Notes: generated by a model not told the origin, from the letters alone. Counted from the stretch's first letter, positions 1 to 8,942 are shown. The stretch: DNA of 47,858 bases from an uncultured Rhizobiaceae group bacterium (GCA_938030595.1 CALHIB010000003.1:1-47858); one strand, 5' to 3'. A program made the numbers and translations.

Positions 1-1139
1 GGAGAAACGCCTAAAGAATAAGCTTCTTCATCCATAGAGATTTCATTTGTTTTACCGTCTTTACCCATAAAACAAATACGCGGGAGCGCGTTCTCACGCT
101 CCATCCAAATCACCCAATCCTTATAAGCGCTGCATGAAATAATCATGCGCCCAGCTTCATGAGGAATGAAATCTTTCCAGTTTCCCATCGAAGGTTTTTC
201 GACAGCTGTTTCAACAATTTTGAAGTCGACTGCACCATTTGCATTGGTTTGAATGAGAAAACGATCTCCTTGATGCTCAAGTGAATATTCCAAACCATCT
301 TGTCGCTCTTGTATCAGCATAGGTTCGGCTTCAACATCATCAGTTGGAATGATACGCAATTCATCTTGATCATTCATGCCAGCAGACAAAATAACATAAG
401 CGTCCGAACGTGTTTTACCGACACCGCAATAAAAACGAGGATCTTTTTCTTCGTAGACTAGGACATCTTTATCAGGGGATGTGCCCAGCGTGTGGCGAAA
501 GATTTTTGATGGGCGGTGGTTTTCATCAACACGACTGTAAAACAAGGTTGTTTCATTCGCCCAAGTAGCTGACCCAACATCCTTGATTTCCACATCGCGG
601 TCTTTGCCCGTGTCTAAATCACGGAAGGTTAGTGCATAATATTCTGCACCCGATGTATCACGGCTCCATGCCAAGACTGAATGACTTGGGTCTTCATCGA
701 CAAAGCCGATTTCAAAATATTCTTTGCCATCAGCTTCCTTGTTTATATCAAGCAGGACTTCCTCTTCGCCACCATCGCGAGGCGAACGGATGCGAATTGG
801 ATGCTCTCCGCCTTCTACGTATTTCCAGGAATAGGCAAAAGGGCCATCTTTTACAGGAATAGAACTGTCATCTTCCTTTATGCGCCCGCGCATCTCAGCA
901 ATTAATGTTTCCTGCAAATTTTTTGTATCAGCCATAGCGGCTTCATAATATTCATTTTCGCTGTTGAGATAGTTTTTGATATCTTCTGGCAATTTCTTGG
1001 GCTCACGCATCGCCTCTTGCCAATTTTCAGCCCTAAGCCAGAAGTAATCGTCCTTCAGGGTAACACCATGGAACTCAGTAATGTGAGTTTTTTTGGCGGC
1101 CGAGGGGGCGCCTTTGATAGACGGGAAACGCGTTGTCAT
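1..1139 (-). CDS. ptrB: Oligopeptidase B (S9A prolyl-oligopeptidase family), N-terminal beta-propeller part; partial, C-terminus lies beyond the left edge
   Basis: Absent from the supplied ORF track because it has no stop in the window. My reverse-strand translation from the ATG at 1139-1137 stays open to position 1: MTTRFPSIKGAPSAAKKTHITEFHGVTLKDDYFWLRAENW...NYLNSENEYYEAAM...DGPFAYSWKY... This is a typical oligopeptidase B N-terminus. It starts 17 nt downstream of msrB on the same strand. Confidence 0.8.
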   Translation of the reverse strand, partial: MTTRFPSIKGAPSAAKKTHITEFHGVTLKDDYFWLRAENWQEAMREPKKLPEDIKNYLNSENEYYEAAMADTKNLQETLIAEMRGRIKEDDSSIPVKDGPFAYSWKYVEGGEHPIRIRSPRDGGEEEVLLDINKEADGKEYFEIGFVDEDPSHSVLAWSRDTSGAEYYALTFRDLDTGKDRDVEIKDVGSATWANETTLFYSRVDENHRPSKIFRHTLGTSPDKDVLVYEEKDPRFYCGVGKTRSDAYVILSAGMNDQDELRIIPTDDVEAEPMLIQERQDGLEYSLEHQGDRFLIQTNANGAVDFKIVETAVEKPSMGNWKDFIPHEAGRMIISCSAYKDWVIWMERENALPRICFMGKDGKTNEISMDEEAYSLGVS

Positions 1140-1156
1140 GGAAAAAATCCGTTATA

Positions 1157-1555
1157 TTATTGATCGTCAGCTATAAAATCTAAAGCATGGCCATTCATGC
1201 AATATCTTTGCCCTGTTGGTTGTGGTCCATCATTAAATACATGCCCCAGATGTGCTTCGCAATCATGACAACGAATTTCTACACGAGTCATAAAAAAAGA
1301 TCTGTCTTTATGTTCAGAAACAGAATTTTCTTCCATAGGCTCATAAAAACTTGGCCAACCAGTGCCTGAGTCAAACTTTGCAGCAGTGCGGAACAAATTA
1401 TTTCCACAACAAACACATGTGAAAGTGCCATCTCTATGTTCATCTTGATGTGGGCCTGTAAACGCACGTTCGGTACCATGTTCTCGCGTCACATGATATT
1501 GCTCTGGCGTAAGCTGTTCACGCCATTCGGCATCTGTTTTTGATATTTTTGACAT
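1157..1555 (-). CDS. msrB: Peptide-methionine (R)-S-oxide reductase MsrB
   Basis: 132 aa with two CxxC pairs ([21 protein letters not shown]), GWPSF and a RYCMNG catalytic region, all typical of SelR/MsrB. Confidence 0.95.
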   Translation of the reverse strand: MSKISKTDAEWREQLTPEQYHVTREHGTERAFTGPHQDEHRDGTFTCVCCGNNLFRTAAKFDSGTGWPSFYEPMEENSVSEHKDRSFFMTRVEIRCHDCEAHLGHVFNDGPQPTGQRYCMNGHALDFIADDQ

Positions 1556-1937
1556 TGTTTTTATTGGCTTATTTTACTGAGTTGATCTTGCTTAATTACC
1601 TTTGGATATAAAACTAATCCATAGATAACTATATGAATATATATTGGCGCACTGGTCGACTTCTTCAATAGCAAAGCTAAAGATGGCATTAACAATAAAA
1701 ATTAGAAGCGCTAATCTATCATTAATATTTCTTGACACCTTTATTTTGCCAAACTATTGAAATAACCAGATCGTAATTTGAAAATAGAAGTAAGCAAATA
1801 TCAGATCACCATTTATATATTTGAGTATTGGAAATCTGGATTTGCTAAATATCATTATTTTACAACATTACGATTCTTGAGTTTAGTTTTATAGGCTGGC
1901 TGCAATGCTTAGGTATTGCTTGTAACTGGAGAGAAAA

Positions 1938-2390
1938 ATGGAAAACCTAACGAGCGCATCTGAAAATAGCGCAGATAATTATGATACAGTATTGGAATTG
2001 GCGTCTGAAGTCGTTGCTGCTTATGTTGGCAATAATTCTGTGTCTACAACTGAATTACCTGCTTTGATTGGCGAAGTTTATGATGCTTTGAATAAAGCAA
2101 GCAAAAACAAGTCTGTTGGCGGTGTAAGCAACACTAGACCTGCTGTACCAATCAAAAAATCAATGACAGATGACTATTTGATTTGTCTTGAAGATGGCAA
2201 AAAATTTAAATCATTAAAACGTCACTTGCGTAGTCATTACGATATTTCTCCAGAGGAGTATCGTGAAAAGTGGGGACTTCCATTAGATTATCCAATGGTT
2301 GCACCAAACTACGCGAAAGCTCGATCGCAATTAGCTAAGACTATGGGTCTTGGTAGAAAACCTGGTCAAAAAATTAAAAAGAAAAGCTGA
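1938..2390 (+). CDS. mucR: MucR/Ros family zinc-finger transcriptional regulator
   Basis: 150 aa. Contains the Ros/MucR signature ...DDYLICLEDGKKFKSLKRHLRSHYDISPEEYREKWGLPLDYPMVAPNYA... It has a GGAGAG RBS and a long AT-rich 380-bp upstream region. Confidence 0.95.
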   Translation: MENLTSASENSADNYDTVLELASEVVAAYVGNNSVSTTELPALIGEVYDALNKASKNKSVGGVSNTRPAVPIKKSMTDDYLICLEDGKKFKSLKRHLRSHYDISPEEYREKWGLPLDYPMVAPNYAKARSQLAKTMGLGRKPGQKIKKKS

Positions 2391-2407
2391 TTTTAAATAA
2401 GCAATTT

Positions 2408-2749
2408 TTAAGCGCAGGGATTTTCCAAATCCCTGCGTTTTTTTATTAGTTCCCTCTGCAATCTGCGTAACTCAATATGCCGTGTGAAATTGTAGTGAGC
2501 AGAATTTTTAAGTGATTTTTTTTGCTCACTCAAAATGTGTGAGTTAACAATAAGAAGAATACGTCCCAAACTGCTCAGTGTGCTGAGTTGATCTTCTTTA
2601 CATACCAATCCCACCAAGCTCTTAATTCTACTTGCAGTTGCTTTTGATGTAGCAGAAATTTTGTCACTCTGCTTCACGTACATGAGCGCTGATGCTTTAA
2701 CAGCATCCAAGAGTTCTTTAGAGAACTGATTATTTTTCAAATATTTCAC
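2408..2749 (-). CDS. Hypothetical 113-aa protein, divergent from the GafY-like gene
   Basis: ORF only; I recognise no motif. Its last 4 codons (NPCA) run through the mucR terminator hairpin, so it could be a real small gene or a spurious ORF. Confidence 0.35.
   Translation of the reverse strand: MKYLKNNQFSKELLDAVKASALMYVKQSDKISATSKATASRIKSLVGLVCKEDQLSTLSSLGRILLIVNSHILSEQKKSLKNSAHYNFTRHIELRRLQRELIKKRRDLENPCA
2413..2444 (+). terminator. Intrinsic terminator after mucR
   Basis: Perfect 11-bp stem CGCAGGGATTT/AAATCCCTGCG with a 3-nt loop, followed by T7 (2438-2444). Confidence 0.75.
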
Positions 2750-2900
2750 CCCACGAGTTTCAGTTTATTGTCCGTTACAAATCAGGGCGGGGAATTTTTA
2801 ATAGATGTCTAAAATCAAATATTCTGGTTAAGTAACTGTCTTTATTAAGAAAAAAATTAAACTCAATTGATAACGACTAGAATAGTTTTCCCCATAGTCA

Positions 2901-2929
2901 TTGATTTACTCTAGTAATAGGAATATATT
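2901..2929 (+). promoter_or_regulatory. Candidate sigma70-type promoter for the GafY-like gene
   Basis: TTGATT (2901-2906), 17-nt spacer, TATATT (2924-2929). GGGGAGAG RBS and the ATG at 2951 lie just downstream. Confidence 0.4.
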
Positions 2930-2950
2930 CATATTGGGGAGAGAAAAGTA

Positions 2951-3427
2951 ATGAATGCACCAGCACTATGTTGTGTTTCGGCACATCAAACAAACAATAG
3001 AAAGTCATTTAAACGGCATAGTAAAGTAAAAGGGAGCATGACACCAAATATTCATAGCTATGGTATAACATCATTGAACAAGCCTGGTGATAGATTATTG
3101 GCAACGTTTGTGAACCAAATGGTTGCTTCTGCGTATGAAATACCTTCGCAAAGACTATTAAAAGATGATCGCGGCACTGCCAAAGCAACACGAGCTAGGC
3201 AAATTTCAATATATTTAATGCACACTGGATTATCATTTTCTCTCTCAAAGATTTCCCGTATCTATAGAAAAGATCGCACAACAATAGGATATGCATGCCG
3301 TGTGGTTGAAGATTTGAGAGATACTCCAGCTTTCGATGATCGGTTGATTGAGTTAGAAGAAACAATAAACACAGTCTTGATATTAGCTGCATATATCCCT
3401 GAAAATGGGGGGCAAAATGCAAAATAA
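2951..3427 (+). CDS. Small DnaA-domain-IV-like helix-turn-helix protein with no AAA+ module; candidate GafY-like GTA activator subunit
   Basis: 158 aa. The C-terminal half, RARQISIYLMHTGLSFSLSKISRIYRKDRTTIGYACRVVEDLRD, matches the DnaA C-terminal DNA-binding signature. Strong RBS. Overlaps the next ORF. Confidence 0.75.
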   Translation: MNAPALCCVSAHQTNNRKSFKRHSKVKGSMTPNIHSYGITSLNKPGDRLLATFVNQMVASAYEIPSQRLLKDDRGTAKATRARQISIYLMHTGLSFSLSKISRIYRKDRTTIGYACRVVEDLRDTPAFDDRLIELEETINTVLILAAYIPENGGQNAK

Positions 3428-4238
3428 AGCCAAGCAGGAAGAGCTGCGACATTCACTTAGATTGCTAAAATTACTCTCTAAACGTTTCAAGACAGGCCTT
3501 GAATATCGGATGGAAGAAGACGTTGCTATAATTGTTTTAAATGAAAATCAATATCGCTTTAGTTATGACCTTATAAGGAAACTATGTGACAAAAAATACT
3601 TGGTTACATTCCCTAATGTAATAAAAATTACTGATTCAGGTACGGCTTATTTAAAGAAACAGTTAAATCCGGATTCGCTTCTTGCAAGTGCAGATAATCA
3701 CATTGCGGAAACGACTATCATTCATGATCGTCAATATCATCAAGTTCAGATGAACATGAATGAATCGCCTTTGCTGAGGTTATTTTCACGAAAAACAAAA
3801 AACGGTACAAGTTATATCACCATGGAAGAGTTTCAAGCCGGCGAGCGTTTGCGTCAGGACTTTGAGCGCGGACAATTACAACCAAAGATTACTGCAAGTT
3901 TGCAAGGCTCGATGGGTTCTGCAGGCAGGGCGGGTAGAAGTAGTGTCGAGGAGATTACAGATTTTGCACTGGACGCAAGAAAGCGTGTTGGTAAGGCAAT
4001 AGAGAACCTTGGCCCTGAATTATCAGGAGTTACTCTGGATATATGTTGTTTCTTGAAAGGTTTGGAGAGTGTAGAGCGTGAAAGAGCATGGCCACCTCGC
4101 TCAGCAAAACTGATGCTCAAAACTGCTCTTGCATTGCTGGCCAGACATTATGGAATTTCCGGATATGAAAACCAGCGTACGAATAAACACACTTCATGGG
4201 GAGGAGCTGATTATCGACCAACCATAAACCGTACCTAA
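3405..4238 (+). CDS. Conserved alphaproteobacterial protein (DUF6456-like C-terminal region); candidate GafZ-like partner
   Basis: 277 aa. The more likely start is the ATG at 3417, which follows a GGGGGG RBS. Motifs: FQAGERLRQDFERGQLQPKITASL and WPPRSAKLMLKTALALLARHYG. Translationally coupled to 2951..3427. Confidence 0.7.
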   Translation: MGGKMQNKAKQEELRHSLRLLKLLSKRFKTGLEYRMEEDVAIIVLNENQYRFSYDLIRKLCDKKYLVTFPNVIKITDSGTAYLKKQLNPDSLLASADNHIAETTIIHDRQYHQVQMNMNESPLLRLFSRKTKNGTSYITMEEFQAGERLRQDFERGQLQPKITASLQGSMGSAGRAGRSSVEEITDFALDARKRVGKAIENLGPELSGVTLDICCFLKGLESVERERAWPPRSAKLMLKTALALLARHYGISGYENQRTNKHTSWGGADYRPTINRT

Positions 4239-4648
4239 TTCAATGCGTCTGTGGCATGGGTCTTGATACGTTCAACCAGCGATCGTAAACCATTCGATCG
4301 CTGGGGAGTGATATGTTCTGATAAATCAATCGAGTCAAAAATTTGTCTTTCATCAGTAGCAAGAATGTCTGAAGCTTTTTTATCAGAAAAAATTGCAATG
4401 GTGATTGCCACAAGGCCACTTACGATATGAGCATCGGAAGCGCCTTTGAAGCTTAATACAGGGTCTGTGCCGGATGATTTTTCAGAAGTAACCCAAACCT
4501 GGCTAACGCATCCTTGAACTTTATTAGCTGCAGTTTGCTCTTCTTCAGGAAAATCGGGAAGCGCACCTCCCAATTCAATCAGGTATTTGTAGCGATCATC
4601 CCAATCATCCAAAAACTGAAAGTTTTCAATTATCTCTTCAATATCCAT
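4235..4648 (-). CDS. sufE: SufE-family cysteine desulfuration (sulfur acceptor) protein
   Basis: 137 aa. Has DDWDDRYKYLIELG, VQGCVSQVW (active Cys) and the typical C-terminal LTPQRSNGLRSL-type region. Confidence 0.9.
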   Translation of the reverse strand: MDIEEIIENFQFLDDWDDRYKYLIELGGALPDFPEEEQTAANKVQGCVSQVWVTSEKSSGTDPVLSFKGASDAHIVSGLVAITIAIFSDKKASDILATDERQIFDSIDLSEHITPQRSNGLRSLVERIKTHATDALN

Positions 4649-4713
4649 TTTAACATCGACCCTGATTTGTATCAGCTAAGTATATAGGACGGATGAAGCT
4701 GGATTGGTAATAT

Positions 4714-5034
4714 TTATTTTTGAATAGAGCTTGTTTTTATCTGATCAACTTCGGTGGATGAATTGCCAGCATCTTGTTGGTCAGTAAACTTACTCAGTGT
4801 ACCACGAACAGTCATCATAGCACTTTGTGCCAACGCTTTCCCTGTAATACAAGTTTCGACATTACGTTCACAAAATGAAGAAATATCTGAATAGATAGAA
4901 TGAGCTGCACTAAAAGTGTCGTAGGTTGTTATTTCAGCAGTTGGTACTGTCTTTTGGTTTGCGCTCTTCTCTCTAATGGTCTCTGCAGGCAAAAGAACTG
5001 CTGCAAGGCCAAGCGCTATGATTAATCTAAACAT
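4714..5034 (-). CDS. Small secreted protein (DUF5330-like)
   Basis: 106 aa. N-terminal signal/anchor MFRLIIALGLAAVLLPA and conserved Cys pair FCERNVETC. Confidence 0.55.
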   Translation of the reverse strand: MFRLIIALGLAAVLLPAETIREKSANQKTVPTAEITTYDTFSAAHSIYSDISSFCERNVETCITGKALAQSAMMTVRGTLSKFTDQQDAGNSSTEVDQIKTSSIQK

Positions 5035-5278
5035 TTATATTCACCTGTCTCCCGTTCTCTGCATGTATAACAGGGAAGGTTTAAGTCCCATTTTAGGAAT
5101 GTTAGGGAATTTGATTCAAATTTTATAAATTGCGTTTACTATGGTTTTGGAAAGGTTCTGTTTACCATGACTTGAGAAAGCCTTGCTTTATAGCGGGTTT
5201 TTGGTGATTTCTTATCCATAAAACGCTGGCATTAGGATTCCATTAAATACGTTGTGTAACCAATCTTGCTAACCATAA

Positions 5279-6607
5279 TTGGCGAGTAATGTTTTGAGTA
5301 ACGCTTTTAAAAGATCATTGAATAAACTGACAAGTGTTGTCGGGATCCAGCATCATAGCACCTGTGTGCTAGATGAAGGTAATAATTTTTTATCAGCTGA
5401 GGTATGTGCAGTTTTAAATAGCATGCCCGATAACACATCACTTCATACAGCAAATGGAGATGCTGTCTGGGTATCGAAAAATGCAAAGAAAACATTTACG
5501 GCGACTTCACCAAACTTGCTTGGAAAAGCATTTTTTGATGCAGCAAATCCGCAGGATAAGCTAAAGATTTTTAAAGCCTTTTCTGATTGCGCAAATTTGG
5601 GAGAAACTCAATCAATAGTCTTTCGCGCGCAGCAACAAGTCAACACAGGCAATGTTGAAGCTTATACATATGAATTGAGGATTTCTGCTTATCAGTATGA
5701 TAATCAAGAACTGTATTTGGCCTTGATACGCGATATCACTACTGAACAATGTGAGCTTGATAGAGCTCATAAAGAAATCAAGCAAGCCAACGCATCTAAC
5801 AGTACCAAAAGCTTGTTTTTATCAAATATGAGCCACGAATTGCGCACGCCATTAAATGCAATCATTGGTTTTTCACAAATGTTGATGGGTGAGGCAGCTC
5901 TTGTTATTTCTGAAGACAAGAAAACAGAATATGCTGAACATATTAATCAGTCAGCAAATCATCTTTTAAATATTATCAATGATGTTCTTGATTTATCTAA
6001 AATTGAAGCTGGCAAATTTCAGATTATTCCAGAAGTCCTCAATGTCTCGCAAGAGCTTGAGTCAACTCTAAAATTGATGGACCCCCTTGCAAGCAAAGCA
6101 AAGCTTTCAATTAAGACTGAAATTGCCGACGAACTGCCAAATATTACTGCTGATCCACGTGCCTTACGTCAGATAATTATGAATTTGGTTGCCAACGCGA
6201 TTAAATTTTCAACAGAACACAGTCAAGTTAAAGTCACATTGAAACGAGACAGACGAAAAATAAGACTTGAGGTTGCTGACAATGGTTTGGGTATGAAACC
6301 GGAAGCTGTTGAGCAACTTGGCAAGTCATTTTTTCAAGTAGAGCAAACTGCATCAAGACGTTTTGAAGGAACAGGACTTGGGCTTTCAATCGTGTTTGGT
6401 CTTATTAAGCTCCATGATGGCACTATCAGTTTCAGGAGCAAACTGGAACAAGGGACAACTGTATCTGTTGAACTGCCAATATCTAACCAAAAATCTATTC
6501 CTGTCCCATCAGATCCGGATGAGGCAATTGTTTTCCTGAATGAGGCGAGGGAGCCTAATTTACTAAGAAAACTCGATAAAATTCCAACTGTTCGTAAAGC
6601 GGGGTAA
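5279..6607 (+). CDS. PAS-containing sensor histidine kinase (PleC/DivJ-type H-box)
   Basis: H-box FLSNMSHELRTPLNAIIGFSQML, N-box IIMNLVANAIKFS, G-boxes DNGLGM and GTGLGLSIV. The called start is a TTG, so the true start is uncertain. Confidence 0.85.
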   Translation: MASNVLSNAFKRSLNKLTSVVGIQHHSTCVLDEGNNFLSAEVCAVLNSMPDNTSLHTANGDAVWVSKNAKKTFTATSPNLLGKAFFDAANPQDKLKIFKAFSDCANLGETQSIVFRAQQQVNTGNVEAYTYELRISAYQYDNQELYLALIRDITTEQCELDRAHKEIKQANASNSTKSLFLSNMSHELRTPLNAIIGFSQMLMGEAALVISEDKKTEYAEHINQSANHLLNIINDVLDLSKIEAGKFQIIPEVLNVSQELESTLKLMDPLASKAKLSIKTEIADELPNITADPRALRQIIMNLVANAIKFSTEHSQVKVTLKRDRRKIRLEVADNGLGMKPEAVEQLGKSFFQVEQTASRRFEGTGLGLSIVFGLIKLHDGTISFRSKLEQGTTVSVELPISNQKSIPVPSDPDEAIVFLNEAREPNLLRKLDKIPTVRKAG

Positions 6608-6611
6608 GTCT

Positions 6612-7400
6612 ATGCAACTTATAAAACAAACATCATCATTATTATTACGAGCAGTGATAGAAAAGCCAGGAAGTGCAGCTGGGCTCGTAGTTTTTGGTTT
6701 GGGTTTTGCCTTGGTAGCGGGCAATGCACTTTATTCCCAAGAAGGTCAACATCAAGATCCATTATGGTCAACTGCTAAGGAAACTGAGAGACTTTCAGAA
6801 AACTATGAGCCAGAAATCGCAAAAGTTAGTCGCAAGAATACTATAACCAGAAGTGTTCTTACACAGCGCATTAGTTTGAAAAATGTGCCAGTACCAACTA
6901 TTAGCCCTGTAAGAAGCAAATCTGTTGCCGCGCATTCTTCCCTGGTGAGAGATGTCCAGTCTGTTCTAGCAGATATTGGTTTCTACACAGGCAAGGTCGA
7001 CGGCATTTACGGCAGCGGAACTAAAGCCGCAATTATGAAATTCCAAGAGCGTTCTGGTATCATTCCGAACGGTGAAGCAAGTTATGGTTTGTTGAGCAAC
7101 TTGAAATCAGTTCAGGCTGTAACAGGCACGCAACAAACTGCAAGCGTTCAACCCAAACAAACGGGTGCAAGTGCCTTGCCGCAAGTATTGGTCTTTGATG
7201 CGGAAACGGTTGCTCGTATTCAAACCGGACTAAAAGAAAACTTTGGTGATGAAAACATCAGTATTGATGGTGTTATGGGTAGCCAAACGAAGAATGCCAT
7301 TAAGCGCTTTCAACAACGTTTCAAGTTGCCTGTATCAGGCGATCTGGATAATAAGACACTTGAAAAGATGTTATCTGTAGGCATATTAGCGAGCATCTAA
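6612..7400 (+). CDS. Membrane-anchored protein with two peptidoglycan-binding (PG_binding_1) repeats
   Basis: N-terminal TM segment AAGLVVFGLGFALVAGNALY. Two repeats of the type GKVDGIYGSGTKAAIMKFQERSGIIPNG and IDGVMGSQTKNAIKRFQQRFKLPVSG. Confidence 0.8.
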   Translation: MQLIKQTSSLLLRAVIEKPGSAAGLVVFGLGFALVAGNALYSQEGQHQDPLWSTAKETERLSENYEPEIAKVSRKNTITRSVLTQRISLKNVPVPTISPVRSKSVAAHSSLVRDVQSVLADIGFYTGKVDGIYGSGTKAAIMKFQERSGIIPNGEASYGLLSNLKSVQAVTGTQQTASVQPKQTGASALPQVLVFDAETVARIQTGLKENFGDENISIDGVMGSQTKNAIKRFQQRFKLPVSGDLDNKTLEKMLSVGILASI

Positions 7401-7435
7401 CTTTACCAGCTTGGTGTAAGCATAAAGGACAGAAA

Positions 7436-7777
7436 ATGCGTTTAACCAGTGCCATGTGGTTCGCAGTCTTCATGCGATCTGAAAGTGCACGAGGCGCTTA
7501 TGTATCGGTTATCAAATCAGGAGCCCAGCAAGCAGGAGCCTTATTTGTGATAGAAAATCATCTCAACGGATTATTCAACCTTTACGCGCCTGCTCCCCAA
7601 GCATTCTTTGATGAAGACAGCGACGGTGACCGCAAGTTTGAATGCGTTCTAAAAAATGCCAGTGAAGCTGAAATTGATGCTTATATGGATAAGCAAAAGC
7701 ACTTTGACCCAGACCTTTGGATCATTGAAACTGAATCAGGAAGTGGCGACCTTTCATTGGTAATCACTGAGACTTAA
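7436..7777 (+). CDS. DUF1491 family protein
   Basis: 113 aa. The pattern MRLTSAMWFAVFMR...GAYVSVIKSGAQQAGALFV...LYAPAPQ...FDPDLWIIE matches my recollection of this alphaproteobacterial family. Confidence 0.65.
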   Translation: MRLTSAMWFAVFMRSESARGAYVSVIKSGAQQAGALFVIENHLNGLFNLYAPAPQAFFDEDSDGDRKFECVLKNASEAEIDAYMDKQKHFDPDLWIIETESGSGDLSLVITET

Positions 7778-7787
7778 CCTAAACATA

Positions 7788-8942
7788 TTATGCGATTAAT
7801 TTTTCTTCCTGATAGGAGGCGTTGTTATCCTGTTTTTGCCTAAGCAGAATTGCGCGTCTGTCTCTTGCTGCCAGAGAAAGAGCGTAGCGTGTTGTGGATT
7901 TATCTTCACCATCGTGGAAAAACTCTCTTGAGAAATCAGCGCCAAGTTTTGTAAAGTATACAAGGCAATGTTCACGATTGAGGTTTTTATACTTTTCCAT
8001 CACAACTTTGAAAATCTTTGCATTTCTTCCGATGTTGCGGTTTAGCATTAATAATATTCTGGCCGCACTAATTTCTCTAATTTCCATGGCACAAAGGAGG
8101 CTGGCCAACATGCCTGCATCCTGGTTCGCAAGAAGCTTAATAGTTGTTTGATGTTTCAAGCCGCAAAAGTGTTCAACCGATTTTGCAAAACTGGATAGGT
8201 CACTAAAACGGGCACTTGCTAATAATTGGTGTTCTATTTGTTTTTGCGTGATTTTCGTAAACGTCGATTTTGCAGGTTTGCCTGCAGGCTTTCGTCCTAG
8301 TTTTCCACCTACATTTGCTAATTGTAATAATGAGGCAGATAGGTCTTTTGATTTTGGTGATACCGAAGGTTTTTCAAGTTTTACATGTGAATGTGTAATT
8401 GTTTCTGCTGGCTGTTCCACCCATTTATTTGAGCTTGTTGGTGCATTGATCAGTTCAAGAATTTTCGGGTTTTCCACCAAAGCACGATTTGAATTTAGAG
8501 CATGATAAATTTGCCTGTTTTCATCATCTAACTTCAACAAGGCTTTAATAGTTGATGCATCAAGGTCAACCCGTCTTGCAATGACTTTACCATGCTCAAT
8601 CGAACATTTTTCAACAATCAGGTTAAGGTCAGCTGGTTGTAAAACGGGTGAATATAACAACGGAAGATTCGCAATTGCTATCTCTTCCAAGGCAAAAAAG
8701 ATGATTATTGGCTTCGGCGCATATTCGCAAGCGCTCAAATTTTTTGCAATAACTTTACGCTCACGATTATCTGTATTCAAAATTAGTGTGTAAAACTGCT
8801 CTTTGAATGAAGATACATCATGCTTTGTTGGTCGAATAAGAGTGCTAAATCTACTCGATAAATCAACCAAGGCAGAGCAATTTCTCTTTGCCTTTACATG
8901 TCTGTTATTTGTTCTTTTTTCTATAGATAATATATCTTGCAA
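7788..8942 (-). CDS. DUF2336-like conserved alphaproteobacterial protein
   Basis: 384 aa and helical-repeat-like, e.g. RKVIAKNLSACEYAPKPIIIFFALEEIAIANLPLLYSPVLQPADLNLIV. The family assignment is from memory only. Confidence 0.55.
   Translation of the reverse strand: MQDILSIEKRTNNRHVKAKRNCSALVDLSSRFSTLIRPTKHDVSSFKEQFYTLILNTDNRERKVIAKNLSACEYAPKPIIIFFALEEIAIANLPLLYSPVLQPADLNLIVEKCSIEHGKVIARRVDLDASTIKALLKLDDENRQIYHALNSNRALVENPKILELINAPTSSNKWVEQPAETITHSHVKLEKPSVSPKSKDLSASLLQLANVGGKLGRKPAGKPAKSTFTKITQKQIEHQLLASARFSDLSSFAKSVEHFCGLKHQTTIKLLANQDAGMLASLLCAMEIREISAARILLMLNRNIGRNAKIFKVVMEKYKNLNREHCLVYFTKLGADFSREFFHDGEDKSTTRYALSLAARDRRAILLRQKQDNNASYQEEKLIA

Noticed and set aside
632-905. Two plus-strand ORFs (76 and 74 aa) listed in the track.
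   Set aside because: They sit antisense inside the oligopeptidase B coding region, which is open across the whole 1..1139 interval on the minus strand.
2845-2862. Possible full CtrA box (TTAA-N7-TTAAC) upstream of the GafY-like gene.
   Set aside because: The sequence is TTAA-N8-TTAAAC. The spacing is off by one and the second half-site is imperfect, so it is not a canonical CtrA site.
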